A DNA stretch of 64,000 bases from Piromyces finnis finn (lineage: Eukaryota; Fungi; Neocallimastigomycota), in NCBI GenBank assembly GCA_002104945.1, contig MCFH01000002.1, positions 1,550,001 through 1,614,000 on the forward strand, in the 5' to 3' direction. Of this stretch, positions 1 through 10,665 are shown in pieces. A model generated the notes under the pieces. The model searched no databases and had not been told where the DNA came from. It saw only the letters and a program-made list of their open reading frames with translations. Made by a program: the position numbers and the translations under genes. Within the stretch, counting starts at the first letter, position 1; the number at the start of each line of letters is the position of its first letter.

Positions 1-414
1 TAATTACAATTCATTTAATCTACTTATTTTATATTCAAGAATTCTGTAAATTTAAAAATATTAAAATTTAAAATCTCATCATTATAGCGTTTAAGCCCAA
101 AATTTAAAATAATAAACAATAATAATAAATTTTATCCTATCATAAATAAAATAAAATAGAAACATCAATATTTAATGTGATAAATATATATAATATGGTA
201 TATTTACTTTAATAGCACAAATATTAAATGTATATAATTTATAAATAAATAAAATATATAATTAAAAAAAATTAAAAACAAATTTAATATTACTTCCTAT
301 GTGTTGGATTAACTGTTATGAATATTACTAAAAATTAAATATATTTTATATTGATAATTCTACTAAAAAGATCAATTAACTTTTTTTTTTAATAAAAAAC
401 TTTTACAATATAAA

Positions 415-1570
415 GAACAGGTTTAATGTTTTCATGTATGTAAAACTCAAATTGCATTAATTTGTAAATTATATTCTTAAATATGAGAAATATATATGGT
501 ACAAATTCAGTAGTACTCTTGATATAGAAATTAAAGAAATATAAGGATGTTTAAATTTTTATTAAAATAATAGTAGTTAAAATATTTGCTGCTACTAAAA
601 AATAATGAAGATGTTGGAAAAAATTTCAAAGGAAAATCAATTATATCACAATATTGTCATGAATACAAATTTGAAGAAATTAAAGATTTTATTAAATTAT
701 ATTATGAGCTCCAAGAGTTTTCATATAACTTTTACTGATTATTGAAAGCAATTAACAAAGAGAATTTAAATACAATAGTTACTAAAGATGCTAAATTAGG
801 TTATTCAGTTTGCTCATATTACAATTCATGTTACAAAAGTAAAGTATTCAACATAAGTTAATCGAAATTTAATGATATTCGTATTATAAATTATCAAGCT
901 CAAATATTCAATTATCTATAAATAATAATAACAACAATAATAAAAATAATTGTTTTGATAATAGATAATAGCAACAATAGAGATAACTGTGATCCTATTA
1001 ATAATAGTAAAATGCTATTAATCAGCATAGTGAAGATGATAATTATAATTCTTTAAATTTGAATAATTATTTTAATTTAGATATTAACATAATTAATGGT
1101 AATTTTAATTGTATAGTAAATAGTAAATATTAATATGTATAATAATTTTAATGTGTACAACAAAAAAAAAATAAAATTCTTTTTTGGAATAAGTCTTAAC
1201 AATAATAGTTTAATAAAAGAATGAAAAGAACTATATATATGTGTCAGATGAAATTAGGCACATTTGAAATATCTTCATTTTTGACAGTCAATGAGTAACT
1301 TTTAATTAAAAGCATGTTTATGTTATTAACCAACAATAATAATAGCCAATATTTTGAAGTAAAAATTATGAGTCAATGTTGAAGAAACAGTAAAGCAGGA
1401 TAGTCAGTATAACCAATGATGATCAATATATTAAATCTTGTCTCCTGGCAAATTTGATCTTTGAATATTAATTTTATTTAATGTTTAATCCAATTATTAC
1501 TCTCAATATAGTCTTTCTTTAATTAAAATTACTAGAATGCATTATACCCGTTTGTGTTTAATTAAAGTTT
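415..1570 (+). mobile_element. Heavily decayed 3' part (post-RT region, Zn-knuckle region, 3'UTR) of the same LINE family as 25809-31376
   Basis: Collinear patchy matches to the reverse complement of ~25930-27150: gaacaggtttaatgtttt..aaaactcaaattg vs gctcaggttagatgttttaacaaatggaaaaactcaaattg; tatgagctccaagagttttcatataacttttactgattattgaaagca vs tatgagtacccagagtttgcctatggcttctactggctattgaaagca; gtcaatgttgaagaaacagta vs gtcaatgctgaagaaacagta; tttaattaaaattactagaatgcattataccc vs the 3'UTR. No ORF remains; boundaries approximate. Confidence 0.85.
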
Positions 1571-3501
1571 CTTCTAATTACTTAATATTTTAAAAAGATT
1601 AATTATTATAATTAATATTATTAATTGTAATCTATTTTTTTTATTAATATATATGAAAATTATAAAAATTACTATTCTTATTCTCTTTCTATTTACTATA
1701 TAGTTGAATGTTAGAATGATAATTAATCAGTTTATTATTATTTGATCGATCCTACAAGCTCTTATTTTTTAATTAATATAATAAAAATTTTAAAATATAC
1801 TTATCTGTTAAAAAATATTAAAATTCATTAAAACAAATATTAATCATTTCTCTTAAATATTAAACTCTTTTTTAATGTAACTTAATGCATGTTTAATAAT
1901 AAACGCTCGATTATTCTTCTATTTATAATTATTAATTATTAATTATTTATTATAAAATTTAACTATATTTTTATTGATATCTTGACTTTAAAGTAAATCT
2001 TTACGAATTAATATTTTAGGTTATTTTATTTGTAATATTATATTAAATTTCCATATTTAGTAAGTTAATTTACATATATTTTAATATTAATATGTCAATG
2101 TCACCTATTTATTTTAATATTTTTAATATTAATAATACATGAAACTAATATATTGAAATATATATATGTAGATTTTAAATTTTTATTATTAATAAAAAGA
2201 TTTTAAACAAATAATTTATCAAAATAAATAATTACACCATATATTAATAAATAATTTATATTCTTATTTAATATCATTATTAAATATATACAATAAATAC
2301 AATAATTGCTTCTAAAATATTATTTCTTTTTGATATATAATATTTATTTATTTTTTCATTTTTATATTTAAAAAAAAAACTAAACGAAAGTTTAAAGAAT
2401 AATTATATTGATTTATAAAAATTTCTATTTTTTTTATCAAAATATTAAACAATAAAAAAACACTTTTAAACATAATTTTTTAAACTGTATTTCTGTATAA
2501 TATTAGTGGTTTTATACCAACAACAATGAATGTAAATGGTAGAGCCACCACTATCTTAAAATATCATAATCTAGTCACTTGACTAGTTTTTAAAATTTTC
2601 TTAAACCAAATATAATTATTTATTCTTATTGTTTGTTTTATTTAAATATTTATAAAAATATAATGATATTTATAGTTAAAAAAAAAAGTATTTACTTGTT
2701 TCAGATAATGGCATTATTAATAAAAGTATATAATAAATAACTCATTATTTAGTACTGTTTAGCATTAATTTATAGGTAATTTACAATTTAAAAGCCTTAT
2801 TTAAATTTTAGTCCTTTTTTTTTTTAGTTAATATTGGTATTTAACATTAAAAGTATTAATGCTATATATAAACTGGCTTATTTTTACAAATATTTATATA
2901 TAACACATAAATAAAATTTAATATAATGATGATAATTAAATCTTTAATTAATAATTTTTAAGAAGGATATTACATATTAATTATCCATTTTTCTATTACA
3001 TTATTAATAAAAATTTTAGAAAATACTAAAATAAAATTAAATATATCATAAAAATATAAATCAATATATCTTTTCATATATTATCAACAAATTAGCTATT
3101 ATTATTAATATATCTAAAAATGTTAAGAATTTAATATATAATTAAATAATGTGTTTTATAATATAATTATATTAAATAATATGTAGTAGCATTATATTGT
3201 CTATGGTTAAATAATATGTAAGAGATATTTTTGATACTGTAATATTTTCTTATTAATAGATAAATGTAATAAAGTATATTGCAATAAATGAAAGGATTTA
3301 ATTAATAACTTTATTTCTGTTTTATATTAATCCTGTACTAATTAGGAAATAAGGAATGCCATTCTACAATTAATCTAATTTAATAATATTAAATAAGTTT
3401 AGTCAAAAATAAATAATTTTCAAAAAAGTATAAAAGGTAGAAAATATACTTTTTTTTTATTTATATTATTTTAATAAAATAATTATATAATATTAACTAA
3501 A

Positions 3502-4131
3502 ATGTACAACAATAATCAACAAGGTGGTTTTGGAGGTCCACACGGTGGTCCACACGGTGGTTTCGGAGGCCCACAAGGCGGTTTCGGAGGTCCACAAGGC
3601 GGTTTCGGAGGCCCACAAGGTGGTTTCGGTGGTCCACAAGGTGGTTTCGGTGGTCCACAAGGTGGTTTCGGTGGTCCACAAGGCGGTTTCGGAGGCCCAC
3701 AAGGTGGTTTCGGAGGTCCACAAGGTGGTTTCGGAGGCCCACAAGGTGGTTTCGGAGGTCCACAAGGTGGTTTTGGAGGTCCACAAGGTGGTTACAACAA
3801 TAATAACAACTTCAACGACGATGATGAATACGTTTATATTACAGATGATGAAGGTGATTACTTTGAAGATGAAGATGGTAATATTTTCACTCCTCAAGAA
3901 GCTCAATCTAGAGGTTTCCTTACTGAAGTTGATTCAACCGACCGTGGTCTTAACTTCCAAAATATTACTAAAAAGCAACTTTTAATTGCTGGTGCTGCCG
4001 TTGCTGGTCTTGCTGCCCTTGGTGGTGGTGCTTTCTTAGTTAATAAGCAACTCAAGAAGAAGAAGAAGGTTAAGAAGAGTGAACTTAATGGTCAACAAGC
4101 TGCTAACCAACAAGCTAAGCGTAATTGGTAG
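3502..4131 (+). CDS. Intronless 209-aa Gly-rich protein: (QGGFGGP)n repeats, acidic segment, one hydrophobic helix, Lys-rich tail
   Basis: ORF with GC well above background and biased codons (ggt, cca, caa, aag). Hydrophobic LLIAGAAVAGLAALGGGAFLV is followed by KQLKKKKKVKK. The overlapping ORFs on other frames are shadows of the repeat. Confidence 0.85.
   Translation: MYNNNQQGGFGGPHGGPHGGFGGPQGGFGGPQGGFGGPQGGFGGPQGGFGGPQGGFGGPQGGFGGPQGGFGGPQGGFGGPQGGFGGPQGGFGGPQGGYNNNNNFNDDDEYVYITDDEGDYFEDEDGNIFTPQEAQSRGFLTEVDSTDRGLNFQNITKKQLLIAGAAVAGLAALGGGAFLVNKQLKKKKKVKKSELNGQQAANQQAKRNW
3520..3792 (+). repeat. Coding 21-bp tandem repeat, ~12 units of caaggtggtttcggaggtcca (QGGFGGP)
   Basis: Directly visible; units differ mainly at third codon positions. 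Confidence 0.97.
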
Positions 4132-4675
4132 ATACAAATTGTAATTCCATTTAATAAATATAATATGAAGGATATATTTTATTTTCTATTACTATAAATA
4201 GTACAGGCCAGGCCATTCAAACTAAAAATTAACAAATATCTCTTAATCAATTTTTATTTAATAAGAACTAAAAAAGAAATGTTAATAATGTAAATAAAAG
4301 AAGTAAATAATTATTTATTTATCTACACTTTTTTATCTATAAAAAAATTGTAACATTTAAAATGTAAATGATTCAAATTATAATAATGTCTATATTATTT
4401 TAAAATTTGTAATAAAGATAAACATAAATATAGAAAAAAAACTTAAACATTAAAAATAATAATAATAAAAAAAAAAATAAAATAAAAAATAATTTATAGA
4501 AAATGATTGAGTGTATAAAATTACAAAATTACAAAATTACATTTGAATTGGAGAAATATTATATTTGTTACTTACTTAAATGTTGAATTACTATATAATA
4601 TCAATACAGTAAAATTAGTAAATATTAATATATAATAATTTTAGTATGTATAAAAAAGCATTAAAATTTATTTAT

Positions 4676-5679
4676 CCCCTTGGGAATGTGCCTCCATTTA
4701 TTTAATAAATGAAGTTTTTAAAGGGCCTTTACTCATGATACTACCCTCTTGGGTAAAACAATAGTAATAATAACAATAGTAGTAATAGAAATAGTAATAA
4801 TAACAATAGTAGTTATAGAAATAATAATACTAGTAATGATAGCAATAGTGAAGATAATAATTCTAATTTAGATAGTAATTTAGTTAATGATAGTAATAGT
4901 TCTAATAATCCGGTGAATATTAATGTGTATGATTATTCTAGTGTGTGCAGTAAAATATTTAAATTCCTTCTTGGGGGAAGAAGTTTTAACAATATCAATT
5001 ACAATTCAAGGGAATGGAAAGAACTTTGTAAGCGTCAGATTCAATCTGGTACTAACGAAGGAACACCATTCTTGACGGTAACCGCGGAACTTCTAACCAA
5101 AATCATGCCTTTTGCTATTGGCCAGCAATGGTCAATGTTCAAAAGGTTTGAAGCAACATCCAAGAGCGTCAATGCTGAAGAAACAGTAAGACAGGCCAGG
5201 AGGGCCAGCGCAACCAATGGAGATCATAATTTTGTTCCATGACAAAATTTTGATCTTTGGCTCGGTGTCCCATTGGAAGTCAAATACAATTATTATACTT
5301 TAGTATGATAGTGGCTTTCTTACTTTAATTAAAATTACTAGAATACATTATACCCAATTTTTATTCATTTGTGTTTATTTAAACATATTTTTTTTATTTT
5401 TATTTTTATTTTTTAATTTTTTATTACATGTATTATAATTTTAATTAAATTAATAATAAAGTTTAAAATATTTGATGCCGTTAAAAAAAAAAAAAAAAAA
5501 ATTACTCATGATACTGAGCGATAGGAAACAAGAATATTAATGAGTATGGTTATTAATATTCACCCAATTATTAGAACATATTTTTTTTTTTTAATTTTTT
5601 TTTACAACATGTATTATAATTTTAATTAAATTAATAATAAAGCTTAAAAATATTTAATGCCGTTAAAAAAAAAAAAAAA
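4676..5679 (+). mobile_element. Short internally deleted LINE derivative (~230 bp: 5'-terminal ~110 nt joined to 3'-terminal ~120 nt plus A15), interrupted by a nested insertion at 4743-5501
   Basis: 4676-4742 plus 5516-5550 resembles the 5' terminus of the full element (ccccttgggaatgtgcctccatttatttaataaatgaag.. vs gccctcttggaaacgtgccttcatttatttaataaatgtag..). 5560-5679 matches its 3'UTR ending gccgtt(A)n. No TSD recognised for this piece. Confidence 0.7.
4743..5501 (+). mobile_element. Young 759-bp LINE 3' fragment with A19 tail and 14-bp TSD
   Basis: ORF 4913-5242 equals the C-terminal 109 aa of the 26065-30603 ORF except one residue (L/F). 3'UTR nearly identical to 25824-26064. TSD ttactcatgatact at 4729-4742 and 5502-5515. 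Confidence 0.95.
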
Positions 5680-5680
5680 G

Positions 5681-6356
5681 CAGGTTGTGAGTATATATGA
5701 AGAGTTATAATCTTAAGAATGCCTGGAAATGAATCAAGAAAACTGTGAAAATTGGAAAAGATACTTTCTTTACTGCTTAACCAAATGAAGTTAATAAAGC
5801 TATATCATTTATATCTCTATATTCAAAAGTTTTTAATATTCCTCCATTGTCAGCTAAATGGGCATTAGCTTAGGTTAGATGTTTTAACAAGTGAAAAAAT
5901 CCAAATTGTATTATTTTATACCTTGTCAATTACATTCCTAAATCAATCGAGCACAAAGGAACACTATTCTTGACAGGTAACAGCGGAACTTCTAACCAAA
6001 ATTATGCATTTTGTTATTTGCCAGCAATGGTCAATGTTCAAAAGGTTTGACGCAACATCCAAGAGTGTTAATTCTGAAGAAATAGTAAGACAGACCAAGA
6101 TGGCTAGAGCAACCAATAGAGATAATAATTTTGTTCTATAACAAAATTTTGATCTTTGGCTCGGTATCCCATTGGAAGTCAATTATTATACTTTAGTATA
6201 ATAGTGGCTTTCTTTAATTAAAATTACTAGAATATATTATACCCAATTTTTATTTATTTGTGTTTATTTAAACATATTTTATTTTTTATAACATGTATTA
6301 TAATTTTAATTAAATTAATAATAAAGTTAAAAAATATTTGATGTCATTAAAAAAAA
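5681..6356 (+). mobile_element. Older LINE copy with two large internal deletions and an A8 tail
   Basis: Three blocks match the reverse complement of ~28690-28790 (TGCEYMKSHNPKKAWKW region), ~27075-27235 (KAVSFISLYS..YIPK) and ~25824-26265 (C-terminus plus 3'UTR). Contains stops and indels. Confidence 0.9.
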
Positions 6357-6762
6357 TTAACTATTTAATAAATAATTATCTGTTATTTGTACTATTTAAA
6401 GATTGATTATGTATTGAATTTTTTAAATTTAAAATATATGTATTTAGATTGACAATAAAAGAAATTGTAAAAATATAGAAATAAGTGAAAGGTTTTCTAG
6501 ATTCTTGGTTAAAAAATAAATAATCCACATTTTATTGTTTATATTTCTATTGCCTATGTATTTATTTTTTTACTTATATATTATAATTTATTTTATTTTT
6601 ATTTTTATGTATAATTATTATAAATCTATTATTAATAAATTAATCAAAACATAAATTTTATTATAACTGCGAATAGAATTAAAGGAATGTATATTAAACA
6701 ATTACATATATAAAAGTTTTTTTTATATATATATTTTTTTGTTAGATATTTTTAAGTCAAAA

Positions 6763-9700
6763 ATGGCAGATGATATTAATACTAAAGTTCAGAAGTTATT
6801 TACTGAACTTGAACGCTTATGTCAACAAGAAGAATATAAGAAGATTTTATTAACTTGTGATAAAAGTATATATTATTAATTATATAATTTGAACAGCAGT
6901 AATATATTATTATTTTATTAATATAAAATAATTTTCAAATAATTCAAATTCAAAATAAAGTATTAATTAAAATTCAAAATGAATGTTAGAATATTTATTT
7001 AAAAATAGTATTTTAAAAGTAAAGAGTTTTTGAATAATAAAACTATTTTAATATTATTGAATAAAATTACATTAAATGAATATTGAAAATAAAGAAATTA
7101 TGTAATATATTATATAATACAATAAATAAGTAAATAAATAAATACTCATCAATCAATAAATATTTTTTATAATATAATGAATAATTATAACAAAAAAAAA
7201 AAAAAAAAAAAAAAAAGTAAAATAAAATAAATATTTATATTTATTTTTGTTAATTTAAACGTATAATATATTTTAAATTATAAAATTATAATTATTACAA
7301 ACATATTTATTAAATACATTATTTATATATGAATTTATAAATAGTATTAAAGCTTATTCCAAATGATATTGATGCATTAAAGGCCAAGGTTATAACTCAC
7401 ATACACCTTGGTGAATATCAAAAAGCAATCGATATTATTGAAAAGGCTGAAAATCCATCATCTCTTTTATTTGAATTATCCTACTCTTGCTACCGTAGTG
7501 ATAAGCTTGAAAAGGCTTTAGAACAAGTTTCTAATCTTTTAGATGATGATTCCATTGATGAAAACCTAAAAAATCAATGCTTACAATTAAAAGCTCAAAT
7601 TGTAAGAACAATATTAACAATAAAAATTTTAGCAATCTCTATTTAATTTAAAAATATAATAAATTAAATGTTTATTTAAAACACTAATTATTTATAAAAT
7701 TTGTTTATAATCAATAAATTTTTAAGCTTTACAGAATGGAAAAGCATTATGATGCTCTTCAAATTTACCAAGATATTTTAAAAAATACTGATGAAGTATT
7801 ATAATATATTTCATAAAATATAATTATAATAGAAAGAATAACTATTAATAGTAATCCTATTTTTAAAATTTTTATAAATAATATGTTTAATAGGAAGATC
7901 CATACTATGAAGAGATTTTATCCAATTATTATGCAGTTAAATCAGCATTTAAGTATTATGATAACGTTACAATTATTGATGTAAATTCTTGAGATTATTT
8001 AATTTATCCATGAATATTAATTAATTTAATATATTAAATAGAGATAAAAGTACTAATTTTAATTTTTTATTCTAAATTTAGGATGGCATTAAAGAAAATA
8101 GTACATCAACTTATGAATTAGCTTACAATTCTGCATGTATATTAATTGCTGAAGAACAATATGATGAAGCTGAAAAATTATTAGAAACTGCTAAGAGTAT
8201 TTGTCGTGAAGCATTACTTGAAGAAGATTATGCTGAAGTTGAAATTGAAGAAGAATTGTCAATTATTATTGTTCAATTAGCTTATGTTAAACAATTAAAG
8301 GGTAACACTAAGCAAGCTAATGATCTTTTCCAAAGTGTTTTAAAGTTAAAGTAAGTATTTAATTCTTTTTTTTTAAAAAAAGAATAATTTAAACTAAATA
8401 ATTTTAATTATCCTAACAATATAGGTCTGCTGATGAAGTTGTTTCTGCAATAGCTTTAAATAATATTATTGCTATAAGAAAAGAAAATGATATTATGGAT
8501 TCTAGTAAGAAATATCGTTCTGTTTCAAGTCCAGCTCTTAACAATAAGTTAACAACTGCTCAAAAGAAAAGTATTGAAATTAATGGTGTTTTACTTTCTT
8601 TATATATGAACAAGGTAAAGTAAAATAAAAAAAAAATTAAATAAAGAATCAAAAATATTAATGTTTTTAGAAATAAAACCATTAATACTATTTTTTTTAT
8701 TTAATATATTATTTTATTAGTATTCTGCAGCTCTAGAACAAGCCGATGTTCTTATGAAAAAGTATCCAGAAGAAGAAGTATTAAAATTAATAAAGCCAGC
8801 TATTTTATACAGACAAAAGAATACTTATGGAGCCCTTAAAGAATTAGAAGTAATTTTTTTAATACTTTGTTGCTATCATTATATATTACATATTTAACAT
8901 TTTATTATTTTATTATAATTTAAATTAATAGAATCACTTCAATGACAATAAAACATCTTTAAAATTATGTTTAAATATTGCACAATTTAAAATTATGGAA
9001 GAAAAATATGAAGATGCACTTAAGACTGTTGATACTTATATTAAATGCTCTAACATTGAAGTTGATGACTATCCAGGTCTCTTATCTCTTGTTTTATGGC
9101 TTAATGAAAAGTGTGGTAATATTGAAAAGTCATTAGAATTATTACAAACCTACATTGATAAGAACGATGTAAGATTTATTTATATATAATTAACTATTAT
9201 TTAAGCGAAATTTATAATTATATATAATTATTTATGAGGTTTATTTATTTGTTTTAAGGTATTTCCTTCTAATAATTATAAAATATCAATTTAAAAAATT
9301 TTATTTCCTCTTATTTATTTTATCCACAATAGGACAATGAAGATCAAGCTTTAGTTAAAAAACTTATTGACTTCAAATTACATTGCAATAATCCAGAAGA
9401 TGCTGCAAAAGATTATGAAAAACTTGTTAAGGCTGATCCAACTAATGTACAAGCTATTTCTGGTTTAGTTATTGCACTCTCTAAATTCAACATAGAAAAG
9501 GCTGAAGAATATGAACAATTCTTACAAACTGATCAATTAAGCGAATTAGTTAAAAGTCTTAATATTGATGATCTTGAAACCTCCTACGCTTCTACTAAAA
9601 CCTATAAGAAAATGGTTAATCAATCAATTGCTAATAATGAAAAACCTCGTGTTAAGAAACCACGTAAGAGAAAACCTTTCGTTCCAAAGAATTTCATTCC

Positions 9701-9983
9701 AAACTTTAAGCCAGATCCAGAACGTTGGTTACCAAAGTATGAAAGATCCACTTATAAGAACAAAAGAAAGAATTTAAACAAGGGTCCACAAGGTGCTTCT
9801 ATTGCAGGCGGTGGTATAGGTGGTACTCGTAGTGCTAATATTGGCGGAGGTAAATTTATTCCATTAGTTGAAAAGGTTGAAAAGCCTGAATCCCCAGTTG
9901 AAGAAGTTAAGAAAACTCCACCAAAGCCAGCACCAAAGAAGAAAAATCAACAAAAAAAGAAAAAAGGAAAAGGAAGAAAATGA
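6763..9983 (+). CDS. SRP72: Signal recognition particle subunit SRP72 (multi-exon)
   Basis: Exons give MADDINTKVQKLFTELERL.., TPR-like helices (TYELAYNSACILIAEEQYDEAEKLLETAKSICRE..IIVQLAYVKQLKG) and the SRP72 RNA-binding motif KPRKRKP..PDPERWLPKYERS, ending in a Lys-rich tail. GT-AG introns. Confidence 0.93.
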
Positions 9984-10097
9984 ATTTACAAAGTGAGATT
10001 TTAATAGAAAAATAAAGAATAAATATAAAGAAATAAATTTAAAAAAATAAAATAAAATAATAATAATAAAAGTAAAAATATAAATATAAATATAATA

Positions 10098-10139
<42 letters not shown>

Positions 10140-10665
10140 GAAAATTAAAAGTAAAGATAATAACATTTTTTAAATTAAATATAAAAAAAAAAGAAAAAAT
10201 TAAAAAATGTAAAAAAAATATATACATATAAATAAAATGTAAAAATTTGTATTTTAATTTTATGATTTTCCTTTATTAATTATTAGAATATTAAGATTTG
10301 TTTATTCTATTTGAAATATAATTTTCATAAATATTTTTTTTTAAAATTTTTAATTTATATTTTTTTGTTAAAAATAGTTTTAATTTTTAGTAATGTTTAA
10401 AATATGAAATATTAAATATTTATAGAGTAGTTTAAGATTTTATAAATGTTTTTTTATTATTTTTTTAATGATAAAAAAAATTATAAAACTAATAGTAAAT
10501 TTTGGTAATAAAATTTATATAATATATAATTATAAATTATAAAAGAAATCAACAATTACATATTTGTAAATAAAATAAATATTTAAATTAAATTTTAAAA
10601 ATCATCAGAATTTAATATTCCATTATTCCTTGTAAAGCCAAATAATTATATATAAAATATTTGAC

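Noticed and set aside
2535-2560. tggtagagc resembling a tRNA D-arm
   Set aside because: No T-arm (GTTCRA) and no cloverleaf.
2571-2586. Palindrome ctagtcacttgactag as a Helitron 3' end
   Set aside because: The CTAG is part of the stem rather than ~10 nt downstream, and no other Helitron feature is visible.
3520-3792. 21-bp repeats as a CRISPR array
   Set aside because: No unique spacers, in-frame coding, eukaryotic context, no cas genes.
3493-3985. Three alternative-frame ORFs over the Gly-rich gene
   Set aside because: By-products of a stop-free 21-bp repeat; only the 3502 frame has consistent codon bias and continues beyond the repeat.
9864-10227. Hydrophobic minus-strand ORFs after SRP72
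   Set aside because: Translations of A-rich 3'UTR and homopolymer sequence.
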